Below are positions 17,356 through 26,843 of a stretch of DNA of 64,000 nucleotides, piece by piece; position 1 is the first letter of the stretch, and every line of letters begins with the position of its first letter. The notes under the pieces are model-generated. The model was not told where the DNA came from. It did no database searches and saw only the letters and a list, made by a program, of their open reading frames with translations. A program made the translations under genes and the position numbers. The stretch is from a phage: the sequence record PX104378.1, one strand, 5' to 3'.

Positions 17356-19464
17356 TTAAAATTTAACATTCTTAACCAGTTTCATAAAGTCTTGTGCGCG
17401 TTTGTCGTTATGCAGAATACGATACCAGTTATCTACAATATCATACAGTAACGGGCTATTCTCTTTAAACTTCGCACAAACTGCTTTAATTCGTTCGTTT
17501 GCTGCCGTGAATTTTTCATCACAAATCTTTTTAGTTTCTTCGTCCATAATCCAACGAGTACGAAGGAGTAACTTGGAAACCTCTTTATTATAATGACGAC
17601 CGTACAGTCTGTCAATAAATTCTGGAATACAGCGTTCTAATTCATCGTCATGAAACAACATAGTGATCACACCCAGATATTCGCCATACCCCAGATGATT
17701 GGTCTTAACCTTCTTAGCCAGACCAGCCAGCTTACCGCGAACAAATTCTAGCGCACATTCCAATTGTTCGTCAACGAGATATTTTTGTGTCTCATTACGG
17801 GTAATAATATACTTTGTTACCCCGAAGTAGTCAAGCGCTGTGTGTAATGTATTTTCACTATAGATCGATTGACGGCTACGGCTTTCGAATGCATCACCCA
17901 CGCGGAACATGTGCAAGCCTGATAACTCGCGAATCTCTGCCGCTTTCATGTGATGGCTGGTTTTATGCCAACTGTCACCAATCTTTTCCATGATATACAC
18001 GTTAGGCAGCTTAGGAGTAGCTTCACGCTGTACACGTTCGGCCTTCTCCGGCTTAACTGCTTTAGCACGCAGATCATCGGCCTCGGACACTTTAATCACG
18101 GTCATTTCCGATTCATCATAATACTGTTTGATGTACTCGAAAGTCTCCATATGTTTTTCGTTTCTCTGACGGAACACCAGTACCTTTTTATTGATGCCGT
18201 ATTCTTGGACCATGCCGTTAAGAGTCAGTGCACGTAGTTTCGGTTTATCGGTATCATCAATTACACACAGAATATCTTCTTTATGCATCCATACAAAATG
18301 CGTAATGTTGTATTGACTGCTAACGAAAGCAGGGCGCAATTTACTGATTGTGTGACGAGTACGATACAGAGTATACACCTGTCCTTCTACGTCATTTGGC
18401 GAATCTTTACCCGCATTCACAAACTTATTATAGATTGCTACCGGATCATCCCACTGTCCGATCTTACCCATTTTGCTAATAATATTGCGTTGAGTCGATG
18501 AATACTCGCTCATAAATTGCGCAAGTTTACGCTCTGTTTCAATGCTGGCGATCTTTTCTTTAACCTTTTCCAACATCATTTCATTGATTTCTGCAATGCG
18601 TTTTTCGATGTTCGCTTTAGTCTCAATTGACAAGTGAACTTCTTCACGCGATGGCATCAGGTCCAGATCACCTAACTCGAAATTGATGTAAATGGTCTGG
18701 TGCTGGCGGTTTACAGCTTCTAACCATGTTCCGCGAACATATTCATACGGGATCGGATACTGGATCTTACCCATGATTGCATATACCACATAGGAATCGT
18801 TATCACGTCCATTACACACATAATAATTATCAAAGCTAGGGAAATAATTAATTTCGATGGCATTGATATTAGGTTTGTGTTCCCCAAAATGACGCAGTAC
18901 AAATTGTGCTTCTCGATGCCATGTCTGAATATCTTTTTCCTTCACCGGAATAGTGATTTTCAGACCGTTGTCTTCATAGGTCGGTTCGTCGAAAATCTGC
19001 ACCATTTTCGGCATAGAGTTTTGCACGAATGCAGTAAAGCCATAAGCGCGACCATTGTAGTAGTTTACGATTGTAAAGGTGTCGGTGTAGCTATAAGCAG
19101 ATTTCGCACCTAAACCAAAAGATCCGATATAATCATTAGTCTGGTCTTTGGTTGATTCAAAGTAAACAGTAAACAGTTGTTCTAATTCTTTCTTAGACGG
19201 AATACCCGTACCATAATCACGCACAGAGAAATACGGTTCGATTGCAGTCGGTAAATGAATATCAAACGGACGATCTAAGGTTCCGGCTTCTTTGTGAGTG
19301 TCGGTAGCATTACATGAATACTCACGGACGCAAGCACGCTCACAATATTGATAAGTGTTCTTAGAAAGCACCATAAAAGCCTTGCTACTTGCTTTCAGAG
19401 AAAAATCAACCGCACCGCTCAGGTCACTACCAAATACTTCTTCATTATCAATATGCATTTTCAT
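17356..19464 (-). CDS. rIIA: rIIA protein
   Basis: 702 aa (T4 725 aa); GHKL-ATPase-like N-terminal blocks (YIGSFGLGAKSAYSYTDTFTIVNYY), ..DYFP.FD.YY.., PSREE; GAGGATTATATT-ATG. Confidence 0.9.
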   Translation of the reverse strand: MKMHIDNEEVFGSDLSGAVDFSLKASSKAFMVLSKNTYQYCERACVREYSCNATDTHKEAGTLDRPFDIHLPTAIEPYFSVRDYGTGIPSKKELEQLFTVYFESTKDQTNDYIGSFGLGAKSAYSYTDTFTIVNYYNGRAYGFTAFVQNSMPKMVQIFDEPTYEDNGLKITIPVKEKDIQTWHREAQFVLRHFGEHKPNINAIEINYFPSFDNYYVCNGRDNDSYVVYAIMGKIQYPIPYEYVRGTWLEAVNRQHQTIYINFELGDLDLMPSREEVHLSIETKANIEKRIAEINEMMLEKVKEKIASIETERKLAQFMSEYSSTQRNIISKMGKIGQWDDPVAIYNKFVNAGKDSPNDVEGQVYTLYRTRHTISKLRPAFVSSQYNITHFVWMHKEDILCVIDDTDKPKLRALTLNGMVQEYGINKKVLVFRQRNEKHMETFEYIKQYYDESEMTVIKVSEADDLRAKAVKPEKAERVQREATPKLPNVYIMEKIGDSWHKTSHHMKAAEIRELSGLHMFRVGDAFESRSRQSIYSENTLHTALDYFGVTKYIITRNETQKYLVDEQLECALEFVRGKLAGLAKKVKTNHLGYGEYLGVITMLFHDDELERCIPEFIDRLYGRHYNKEVSKLLLRTRWIMDEETKKICDEKFTAANERIKAVCAKFKENSPLLYDIVDNWYRILHNDKRAQDFMKLVKNVKF

Positions 19465-19478
19465 AATATAATCCTCAC

Positions 19479-19736
19479 TTAATTAAAATCTTCTTTGTCC
19501 ATCTCTGCGTAGATTACATCCCACGCCCATAAATCAATAAACGCATTATATGTCACGGTGCAATCGTTGTCAATCACTTCTTTCGCATATTTCTTGATGT
19601 TTTCGTAGGAAACTTGCGGATCAATTTTGTTCTTCCGAAGGTGCGCATATTCATACCTCAAACATTTCATAAACAGGTCCATCGATTTCTTTTCTCGATG
19701 ACACTTGGCGAACATAAAATCAAAACTTCGACTCAT
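19479..19736 (-). CDS. Hypothetical protein
   Basis: 85-aa ORF; RBS AAGGAGTAGAAA-ATG. Confidence 0.5.
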   Translation of the reverse strand: MSRSFDFMFAKCHREKKSMDLFMKCLRYEYAHLRKNKIDPQVSYENIKKYAKEVIDNDCTVTYNAFIDLWAWDVIYAEMDKEDFN

Positions 19737-19746
19737 TTTCTACTCC

Positions 19747-19941
19747 TTACACATTTTCAATCACCCATTGCAGATGGGCTTCTGCGTCAACCAGTTCAGC
19801 GCGGCTTTTCTCTAAGCACTTGCTGTATTCTTTACGTTCCCAATCAGCAATTTCGTTTTTCAGGACTTCTTCATAGTAAGCAATTACGCCTTTCAGATCG
19901 GAAACTCTACGGCTTGCCAGTTCGATGTAATGGTTACGCAT
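19747..19941 (-). CDS. Hypothetical protein
   Basis: 64-aa ORF; RBS AGGAGAATCAAA-ATG. Confidence 0.5.
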   Translation of the reverse strand: MRNHYIELASRRVSDLKGVIAYYEEVLKNEIADWERKEYSKCLEKSRAELVDAEAHLQWVIENV

Positions 19942-20128
19942 TTTGATTCTCCTTTGTTACTAGATAACGAATTTGGTCTTGCATTGCGATCAGTTCCCAG
20001 CGTGCTACTTTCATCATGGAAACTGACTCTTTGAACATAATATTAGCTTTTTCCTTTTCCCCTGTCAAGTAGATTTCTGAAATTTTTTCACAAAATTTTT
20101 GAGTTTCTTCATTCTTAAACGGTTTCAT
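19934..20128 (-). CDS. Hypothetical protein
   Basis: Track ORF 19934..20182 trimmed to the ATG (MKPFKNE...); promoter cassette at ~20159-20187. Confidence 0.45.
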   Translation of the reverse strand: MKPFKNEETQKFCEKISEIYLTGEKEKANIMFKESVSMMKVARWELIAMQDQIRYLVTKENQNA

Positions 20129-20158
20129 ATAAGTCAACCTTTTGTTTTCGATGGGGAT

Positions 20159-20187
20159 ATTATGATATATCCCCGATCTCATGTCAA
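20159..20187 (-). promoter_or_regulatory. Early promoter cassette with stem-loop (PeSL-like)
   Basis: TTGACA-17nt-CATAAT; GGGGATAT..ATATCCCC inverted repeat with -10 in loop. Confidence 0.45.
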
Positions 20188-20194
20188 CAACTTT

Positions 20195-20494
20195 TTAATC
20201 TTTTTTCAGTGCATCCATTACTCGCGCTGCGATCAGTTCTCGTAAGCACTGATAACCATGATATTTGATGGCAATGTCACGCAGATCATTAACCAGTTCC
20301 CGTACTTCATGGTCTTTCAAATCGTCTCTGTATTTCGATTTAACCGTGTCTTTAGGTGGATTGCGGATAACCTGAAAACCTTGTTCTGCAATCACTGCGG
20401 CTTCGCGCTGGCGTTCATGTTGTACTGTATTTTTGATCAGGTCTGCTTCCATGAACTTTGCCATACTCATCATCATGTTATTCTTTTTGCTCAT
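20195..20494 (-). CDS. Hypothetical protein
   Basis: Track ORF trimmed to the ATG after GAGGATTTAACG (MSKKNNMMM...); promoter cassette overlapping the topo II stop. Confidence 0.5.
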   Translation of the reverse strand: MSKKNNMMMSMAKFMEADLIKNTVQHERQREAAVIAEQGFQVIRNPPKDTVKSKYRDDLKDHEVRELVNDLRDIAIKYHGYQCLRELIAARVMDALKKD

Positions 20495-20528
20495 CGTTAA
20501 ATCCTCATAAAAGAAAAGGGAGACTCCC

Positions 20529-20556
20529 ATTATAGAGAATCTCCCTTGTATGTCAA
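20529..20556 (-). promoter_or_regulatory. Early promoter cassette (PeSL-like) overlapping the topo II stop
   Basis: TTGACA-16nt-TATAAT then GGGAG-T-CTCCC hairpin. Confidence 0.5.
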
Positions 20557-20559
20557 GTG

Positions 20560-22383
20560 TTATGATTGCATCCAAATTTTGCGTTGATCTGCATCTTCAC
20601 TATAGAGCAAATCGAATAGCTCTTTATAGTTTTCCGGCAACGTGATGATCTCCATTACAGGATCGTTGATCACGCGATGATAGTCTGATTCTGTGAGCGA
20701 TGCTAAACCTTTGATATATCGAATGTTGTAACCTTTGATATTATCGCGATCGTTCTCAAAATCTTCTAGGTCATAATACCATCGAACATCATCACCTTTC
20801 TTTGGTTCCGCAATGATAATAGGTGTTTTGATAAACCGGATTCGACCATCTTCGAACAATTCAGGCCAACGTGCAAAGAAAGAGATCAGACTAGGCTTAA
20901 TAGACCCGATCCCGTCAGTATCAGCGTCTGTCATAATCGCAATATTTTTGTATTGCATAACTTCCAATGCATCAACACCAAATTGCAGACCAGTGATCGC
21001 CATGATGTTAAAAATTTCGGCGTTCTTAACGATCTTTGCCTCCGGTTGTTCCCACGTTGTAAGAGTTTTGCCTCGCAACGGGAAACCGCCATGTAAATCT
21101 TGATCACGTACAGAGATCAGATAGTTGATCGCGGAATCACCTTCCGTCAAAAACAGGGTAGTTTCTGCGTCAGTTCCAATAAGGTTAGCTTTAACGTGTT
21201 TTGCTACCTTAGCCCGTTTCGCTGCCTTTGCTGCCTTAGTCGCTGCCGCTTTATCTGCTGCCTCTTTGCGTGCCAGGACTACAGCAATAATAGGCATGAT
21301 AATGTTTTCTTTCTTCGCAATGACTTTAGCCAGTTTTTTAAAATCCAGATCAATGTGTCGCTTGATATCACCAGTTGGATTAGTCAAGCGTTCTTTTGTC
21401 TGTGAATCAAAACGAAGATTAGGCAATTCACGAACAATAAGAATACAGGTCAATCCAGACTTAACCGCAGCTTTAGTAACATCAACCTTATATTCTTTCT
21501 TGATTCGTTTTACAATCTCTTCACAAAGATCATCTGTCACGTAGTCTACGTGCGTTCCCCCGTTTTTGGTAAACAGACCATTAGCAAAGGATACTGATTT
21601 AAAACCTTCTCCCTCGACCGCAGGAACTAGGGCAAGTGAAAAGTTTTTATCTTCAATGACAAACGGATCATCATTGTATAGTTTAGCATAATCCTTGAAC
21701 TTACTAACAATACGTTTACCATTAAACTTAAACGTGATCTTAGGAAAGATTACGCTCAATGATTGCAGACGATCATGAACAATATCTAAAACAGAGTTGT
21801 CCATCATATAACCTTCGAAGTGGTCGAAGTCTGGGCAAAATGTAACCTTCGTTCCCTTCAATTTTGATGGTTTCGACGACCATGTGATATTTTCAGCACC
21901 GTTTGTGCATTGAACGGTCATTTCTGTTTCACCGTCACAGGTCACACCAGTAAACCAATCGCTAAAGAAGTTTGACAACGACGATCCTACGCCGTTCATC
22001 CCTTGCGTTAGTCGATTTGTATCATCAAAGTTAGACCCTGCTTTTGTTCGTGTCCATGCGGCTACAGGTTGCGGAATCTGCGTACCCTCTGGGGTAGTAA
22101 CCATATGTTGAGGAATACCGCGACCATTGTCTGTTACCGTAACAATATTGTTTTGGATATCGACGCTAATCACATTGGCAAATTCAAAGTTAGTGCGGAT
22201 CGCCTCGTCTACAGAGTTGTCGATGATCTCATCAATGATTTTAACCAGTCCAGGAACGTATGAAATTTTTGTCCATTTACCGAACAGGAAACGTTGATGT
22301 TCTTCGTAAGTTGTTGATCCTATATACATTCCTGCACGCTTAAGGACATGTTCACGATCAGATAAAATGCGGAACTCACTCAT
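20560..22383 (-). CDS. 39: DNA topoisomerase II large subunit (GyrB-like; T4 gp39 and gp60 equivalents as one ORF)
   Basis: 607-aa uninterrupted ORF with GyrB ATPase and TOPRIM features (VDNSVDEA, GKGIP, LTEGDSA, IMTDADTDG). Confidence 0.9.
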   Translation of the reverse strand: MSEFRILSDREHVLKRAGMYIGSTTYEEHQRFLFGKWTKISYVPGLVKIIDEIIDNSVDEAIRTNFEFANVISVDIQNNIVTVTDNGRGIPQHMVTTPEGTQIPQPVAAWTRTKAGSNFDDTNRLTQGMNGVGSSLSNFFSDWFTGVTCDGETEMTVQCTNGAENITWSSKPSKLKGTKVTFCPDFDHFEGYMMDNSVLDIVHDRLQSLSVIFPKITFKFNGKRIVSKFKDYAKLYNDDPFVIEDKNFSLALVPAVEGEGFKSVSFANGLFTKNGGTHVDYVTDDLCEEIVKRIKKEYKVDVTKAAVKSGLTCILIVRELPNLRFDSQTKERLTNPTGDIKRHIDLDFKKLAKVIAKKENIIMPIIAVVLARKEAADKAAATKAAKAAKRAKVAKHVKANLIGTDAETTLFLTEGDSAINYLISVRDQDLHGGFPLRGKTLTTWEQPEAKIVKNAEIFNIMAITGLQFGVDALEVMQYKNIAIMTDADTDGIGSIKPSLISFFARWPELFEDGRIRFIKTPIIIAEPKKGDDVRWYYDLEDFENDRDNIKGYNIRYIKGLASLTESDYHRVINDPVMEIITLPENYKELFDLLYSEDADQRKIWMQS

Positions 22384-22486
22384 TATTAAACCTCTTCATA
22401 ACATAACCATAACTTACTGCAACCGCCACAAAGACGGCTGCAACAATCATATTAAAAATTGAGTGATTGTCAAGTATATGACTCAT
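22376..22486 (-). CDS. Putative 36-aa hydrophobic peptide
   Basis: Not in track. ATG overlaps the Zn-ribbon gene stop (TCATGA); its stop overlaps the topo II start; MSHILDNHSIFNMIVAAVFVAVAVSYGYVMKRFNNE. No clear SD. Confidence 0.3.
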   Translation of the reverse strand: MSHILDNHSIFNMIVAAVFVAVAVSYGYVMKRFNNE

Positions 22487-22656
22487 GACACGCGCACATT
22501 TTTATCGTAATACCCGCCATTAATCCCGCGCGGGGCAGTCAATCCCTGTTTGCATTCTTTACCACATTCAGGGCATTCTGCCTTTTCACGCTCGGAAATT
22601 TTGCGGATTTTCTGAAATTGACCGTGTTCTTCACAAGAATAATCATATAATGGCAT
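22483..22656 (-). CDS. FmdB-like zinc-ribbon protein
   Basis: Track ORF trimmed to MPLYDYSCEEHG..CPECG (CxxC...CPxCG zinc ribbon); ATG directly follows the dexA stop. Confidence 0.55.
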   Translation of the reverse strand: MPLYDYSCEEHGQFQKIRKISEREKAECPECGKECKQGLTAPRGINGGYYDKNVRVS

Positions 22657-22657
22657 A

Positions 22658-23326
22658 TTATCCCCTTTGTTTCTTAACTGAATTTGGATCTGGATTTTCT
22701 GGTAGGTCTTCCAGACCCATAGCATAACGTTGTGCATAGATTAGCATAAGAATATCGCGAGCGCAATCATGAATTGCATCATGCGCGATAAATCCGTCTA
22801 GCGTACCCATTGGTAACGGACACTCACACATCCCGCGATGCATCAATGTACGCTCAATGGCGGTGCGAACATCTCGGATGTTCCAGAATCGCACAGGTTC
22901 AAGGCTGAACGTCTCTCGTGTATTGTGTGCACGGCGGATCATATCAACTAGTAACGGAATATCAAACGCATTACCGCGTGACCACATTACTGATTTAACC
23001 GGATCTACTCCTACAGATTCACAGAATGCGTTAAAACGCGCTAAACCTTCTTTAGTTGATACTTCCGTACCATTTGTAATTAATTGCTTTCTCATGCCTT
23101 CTGAGGCGGTATTCTTCCACCATTCAACCACACCATGATCAAAGATCCTTACACCTTTCTGGGAAGGAATATCAAATTTTACCAGAAAGGAATTGTCAAC
23201 CAGTTCTTTAAAAGTCGGTGGATTATGTGGGTCTTCTTTAAATCCGATTGCCGCCATATTGATCACCGCCCCATCAGGCGGATAACCTAAACTTTCAAAG
23301 TCAATCATTAAATCCATTGGAAGCAT
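22658..23326 (-). CDS. dexA: Exonuclease A (DEDD 3'-5' exonuclease)
   Basis: DnaQ-like motifs (MIDFESLG; WSRGNAFDIPLL; HDAIHDCARD); 222 aa vs T4 DexA 227 aa; syntenic between dda and topo II. Confidence 0.8.
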   Translation of the reverse strand: MLPMDLMIDFESLGYPPDGAVINMAAIGFKEDPHNPPTFKELVDNSFLVKFDIPSQKGVRIFDHGVVEWWKNTASEGMRKQLITNGTEVSTKEGLARFNAFCESVGVDPVKSVMWSRGNAFDIPLLVDMIRRAHNTRETFSLEPVRFWNIRDVRTAIERTLMHRGMCECPLPMGTLDGFIAHDAIHDCARDILMLIYAQRYAMGLEDLPENPDPNSVKKQRG

Positions 23327-23327
23327 T

Positions 23328-23570
23328 TTAAATATCCTCCGCGATGTGTCGGAATAACTCCAGATCGTTTTTATCCAGAATGAAACCGCTACAATCAATA
23401 ATTCCTTTACCGTAATTATCGGTTAATAGTCGGTCCGTTGCCATGTATGCGCGTACCTTGTGGTTAAAATTCATTACATGTTGTGTATAGTCACAATGAA
23501 TCTTTTGACGGTTCCACGCGACAATTGATTCAAGATGAATTACCTTAGAGATATCGTTAATAACAACCAT
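23328..23570 (-). CDS. Hypothetical protein
   Basis: 80-aa ORF between dda and dexA. Confidence 0.5.
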   Translation of the reverse strand: MVVINDISKVIHLESIVAWNRQKIHCDYTQHVMNFNHKVRAYMATDRLLTDNYGKGIIDCSGFILDKNDLELFRHIAEDI

Positions 23571-23571
23571 A

Positions 23572-23739
23572 TCAAAAACCTCGCTTAGTGAAATGTTCGA
23601 TCATTTTATTGATACATGCAGCTTCACTATCGCCGGACACGTTCCAGCCGTACAGACCCCATCTAAAGCACATGGTAACAGTTCCATTGTGACGGCTTAC
23701 CGTCACATCATTAAATTCTGGGATACTTCGCATAATCAT
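23572..23739 (-). CDS. Hypothetical small protein
   Basis: Not in track (<60 aa); ATG preceded by GAGGAAATTATT; 55 aa; stop 1 nt before next ATG. Confidence 0.4.
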   Translation of the reverse strand: MIMRSIPEFNDVTVSRHNGTVTMCFRWGLYGWNVSGDSEAACINKMIEHFTKRGF

Positions 23740-23749
23740 AATAATTTCC

Positions 23750-25141
23750 TCAAATATAGTCTACTCGATACCGCGCACGGGTAACACCCACATATAATAA
23801 CTGCATTGCCAATTCAAAGTCAACATTGTCTGTACACATGCAAGGAGTATACAGGAACACGCGGTCTACGCTGATCCCTTGTGACTTATGAATGGTGCAA
23901 GCTGGTAATGCTTTTACATTCAAGAACATACGTTTCATCGTCCAGAAGGAATCCCAATCTGGTTTAAATTTTGGATTCTCTTTCTTCATTTCGCGATATT
24001 GTCCGGCGACCGTATTCAGATAGATAGAGAAAATGTTCTTCTGACGTTGTTCTGTCAGAATGTTGATTTCTACTAAATCCGGTTTATCTGTAGTGATTCC
24101 GACTGCATCTAAACCGACTTTCTGATTTAGGATTTCTTTGTCTTCGTCATCATCGACGCTTTCCACTTTCAGAGTATAGCCTAAAACTGGTTGCGGATCT
24201 ACCCCCGTGCAACGTAATGTAAATTCACGCGGGATGACCTCTTTAACTCGGATCATCTCACCATTGTTAAAAATAACATTGGGAATCTTCTTCCCGCGTT
24301 CATCTCGCATATATTCGATCAACGGTTCCTGAGTAACCAGAATTTCATCTACAATCACTGGTTCATCGGTGTTATAAACGCGCTTACGTACAATTTCATT
24401 TAGTTTTTCGACGCTCTTGTTAGTGTAAGCCAGAATACGGTTTTCTAGAAGGTCTTCCGGCGTTTTAACGGTTTCGAAATAATGCTTCATAAACTCCGGC
24501 AGAGTTGAGCTATGGAATACACCCTCGTTACCGCACTGCTTTTCGAATACCCATTTACCGTTACGGACAGCGGTCGCCACATCAATTATTGGCGCATTAG
24601 ATCGTTTAATCTCTGTAAGTTCTACATTCTGGAATCTTTCATCTGTGAAGAAAGGAGAGATCGACGTTGCACCGCTCGGATCAACTGGTCGTAACTGGTA
24701 CAGATCACCCACGGCAATAATAACAATTCGACCGTTGATACTCTTCATGAGAATATCAAATAGTTTCTTATCGACCATACTCGCTTCATCAACAATGATG
24801 ATCTGAACATCATCTAGTTTAGGAGTATCCTTTTGCTCAAATACTTGAGTATCTTCATAGTTGGTCGGGTTTAGTCGCAGTAGTGCATGTAAAGTAAATG
24901 CTTGACGACCTACCGCCTTACTCAAAACTTTTTTAGCCTGGTGGGTAGGCGTTGCCAAAACCACACCAGTTACACCACGGCGGACCATTTCCTGGACAAT
25001 GAATTTCATCATTGCGGTTTTACCAGTACCCGCCGCACCACGGACAGTTGTATGCTTCTTTTGTTCAATGCGTTTCATTAGAACATCAAAAGCATGTTTT
25101 TGTCCGTCTGTCAACATATCGAAAGTTAATACTCTGCTCAT
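23750..25141 (-). CDS. dda: Dda DNA helicase (SF1)
   Basis: Walker A GAAGTGKT, TPTHQAKK, IIVDEASM, EIKRSNAPIIDVATAVRNGKW, C-terminal LLYVGVTRARYRVDYI, all matching T4 Dda. Confidence 0.9.
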   Translation of the reverse strand: MSRVLTFDMLTDGQKHAFDVLMKRIEQKKHTTVRGAAGTGKTAMMKFIVQEMVRRGVTGVVLATPTHQAKKVLSKAVGRQAFTLHALLRLNPTNYEDTQVFEQKDTPKLDDVQIIIVDEASMVDKKLFDILMKSINGRIVIIAVGDLYQLRPVDPSGATSISPFFTDERFQNVELTEIKRSNAPIIDVATAVRNGKWVFEKQCGNEGVFHSSTLPEFMKHYFETVKTPEDLLENRILAYTNKSVEKLNEIVRKRVYNTDEPVIVDEILVTQEPLIEYMRDERGKKIPNVIFNNGEMIRVKEVIPREFTLRCTGVDPQPVLGYTLKVESVDDDEDKEILNQKVGLDAVGITTDKPDLVEINILTEQRQKNIFSIYLNTVAGQYREMKKENPKFKPDWDSFWTMKRMFLNVKALPACTIHKSQGISVDRVFLYTPCMCTDNVDFELAMQLLYVGVTRARYRVDYI

Positions 25142-25455
25142 TATCCTAAAATCCTCACCTTGCGAACACAGATAGTATTGAGTTCTCGCCGTACCCGTTC
25201 TTTTTCATATTCAGGAATTTTGTATTCTATACCATCCCGAACAATTTCAGAAGACCGGATTATACCAAATTTTCGTTTAGGCACAACCTTGTATTTCGGT
25301 TCACCTGCCAATAGACTCTCACAATAATCTATCTGATCACACATTGACGCTAACGCAGCATCATGAGTTTCGCAAGTTAGGACGCGACCTTTCGCGTCCA
25401 CTGAGTATTGAAAGAATCCGTCTTTATCACGATAACATACAGCAAATACATGCAT
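25141..25455 (-). CDS. Hypothetical protein (position of T4 dda.1)
   Basis: 104-aa ORF, Cys-rich N-terminal half. Confidence 0.5.
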   Translation of the reverse strand: MHVFAVCYRDKDGFFQYSVDAKGRVLTCETHDAALASMCDQIDYCESLLAGEPKYKVVPKRKFGIIRSSEIVRDGIEYKIPEYEKERVRRELNTICVRKVRILG

Positions 25456-26210
25456 TATAAACCTACCTTCGCTTTCATCAATTCAATCCACGACGCATCA
25501 ATCGGAAGCCCGTATTTCACGCGTTCTTTTTGTGCTGGCGTTAAGTTCTCATACTTAGAAAGAGATTCAATCAAAACGCTGGTATATTTTAGCACGATTT
25601 CGGTATTGTTTGCAATAGCCTTGAGTTTTTCCTCTTTCTTGTTGATTTCGCTAAGGGCTTGCTTGAGATCTGCAATTTTCTGATAACGTTCTTCCATACG
25701 GAAGAGAGTATTTTTAATCGCTCGCTCGGCTGCCTCTGCTTTCTCCGGTTCGTTGTGCTTTTTGTGGCGCTCGATTGCTAATTTCTTTTCTTCGATTGCC
25801 ATTTCCTGATTTTTGATGCGATTCTCGTTAAGTTCGATCCACTCGATGTACTTTGCACGTAGGGCGATCTCATCATCAGAAAGTTTACCGTTAGTTCCTA
25901 GTTCCTGGATCTCTTTAAGAGATTCGATAGTGTGATTGCCACGGAAAGAATTGTATTTCAGTTTAACCGGAATTACATTGCCATCAACATATCCCAGATT
26001 GCAATCAATGCGCTCTAAGGAGAGTCCGTCATCACCTTCACCGAAAGCCTCACCTGAATATGCGCAATGAGTCTGACGGTAAATGTTACGCACAGTGACT
26101 AAGCTCATAGAGAAGTCTTTGTTGCGACGTGAAGCGCCAGCCATGATAGAGTTCAGACGGAAAACAACCAGCGCCAATTCTTCGTTAGATTTAAAAGCAA
26201 ACAGTTTCAT
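25455..26210 (-). CDS. Hypothetical protein with C-terminal coiled coil (position of T4 srd)
   Basis: 251 aa; AGGAGAATCAATT-ATG with conserved 5'UTR cassette and promoter upstream. Assignment by position only. Confidence 0.5.
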   Translation of the reverse strand: MKLFAFKSNEELALVVFRLNSIMAGASRRNKDFSMSLVTVRNIYRQTHCAYSGEAFGEGDDGLSLERIDCNLGYVDGNVIPVKLKYNSFRGNHTIESLKEIQELGTNGKLSDDEIALRAKYIEWIELNENRIKNQEMAIEEKKLAIERHKKHNEPEKAEAAERAIKNTLFRMEERYQKIADLKQALSEINKKEEKLKAIANNTEIVLKYTSVLIESLSKYENLTPAQKERVKYGLPIDASWIELMKAKVGL

Positions 26211-26237
26211 AATTGATTCTCCTTAGTTGGTATGTGT

Positions 26238-26269
26238 GTATTATTGTCTATCTGGTTTGTGCTGTCAAC
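26238..26269 (-). promoter_or_regulatory. Early promoter with conserved 5'UTR cassette
   Basis: TTGACA-~20nt-TAATAC ACACATACCAACTAAGGAGAATCAATT-ATG. Confidence 0.4.
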
Positions 26270-26271
26270 AC

Positions 26272-26775
26272 TTAAATTAAAGAAAATTTGTAAATCTCTA
26301 TCAGGTCGCCGTTACATGCGTAAACTTCCTCGATCTCATCAAGGATCATGGTCGTCCCTGTCTTGTATATGCACTCGCGCTCATCCGCCAACATAGCATA
26401 CAAAGACAGTCGAGTAGTCGGATTGTCATACTCTTTAGACACCACTCGATCAATAGCATGTTCGTAATAATTCATGCAAGGCTTGGTAGGTTTTATTGCA
26501 ATAATCTTTCCTGTTGCATAAACATCGGTTGCAAAGTCCTCTGCTGTTGATTGCAGTGGCGTAAAGCTCATAGGACGCTCTACAACGAAAGAATCGCCTA
26601 CAATTAAGGTATCCAGCTTACGGCCTTCTCTTTTGCTCACACCGCGATACAAGGCTTCATGATGCACTAACCGTTCAGTCTTTTCAATCAATCCATTAAG
26701 GATCGACATATCGATATTTTCTTTAGAGTTCATCACTTCATCAATGATGTTAAGTTCTTCTGGTGTAAATTGCAT
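26272..26775 (-). CDS. Putative mono-ADP-ribosyltransferase (ModA/ModB-like)
   Basis: Candidate R-S-ExE triad (LYRGV ... SFTP ... ADERE); position matches T4 modA/modB; start at ATG (MQFTPEEL) after GGAGG. Confidence 0.5.
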   Translation of the reverse strand: MQFTPEELNIIDEVMNSKENIDMSILNGLIEKTERLVHHEALYRGVSKREGRKLDTLIVGDSFVVERPMSFTPLQSTAEDFATDVYATGKIIAIKPTKPCMNYYEHAIDRVVSKEYDNPTTRLSLYAMLADERECIYKTGTTMILDEIEEVYACNGDLIEIYKFSLI

Positions 26776-26807
26776 AATAAAAAGCCTCCAATCTTTCGAC
26801 GGGAGGC
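26776..26807 (-). terminator. Hairpin after gene 56 whose 3' arm contains the SD of the ART-like gene
   Basis: Minus-strand GCCTCC-cgtcgaaagatt-GGAGGC then TTTTTATT-ATG. Confidence 0.45.
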
Positions 26808-26843
26808 ATAATAAAACCATTATAGAGTAGTGTCAACTAATTT

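Noticed and set aside
21125-21544. Plus-strand 139-aa ORF and neighbours (20813..21103, 21100..21405) inside the topo II gene.
   Set aside because: Antisense to a strongly supported conserved gene.
20560-22383. T4-style translational bypass or split of the topo II large subunit (39/60).
   Set aside because: The reading frame is continuous over 607 codons.
26819-26836. TTGACA and TATAAT upstream of gene 56 stop / ART-like gene.
   Set aside because: The two hexamers are only ~6 nt apart, incompatible with a sigma70 spacer; the adjacent hairpin is better read as a terminator.
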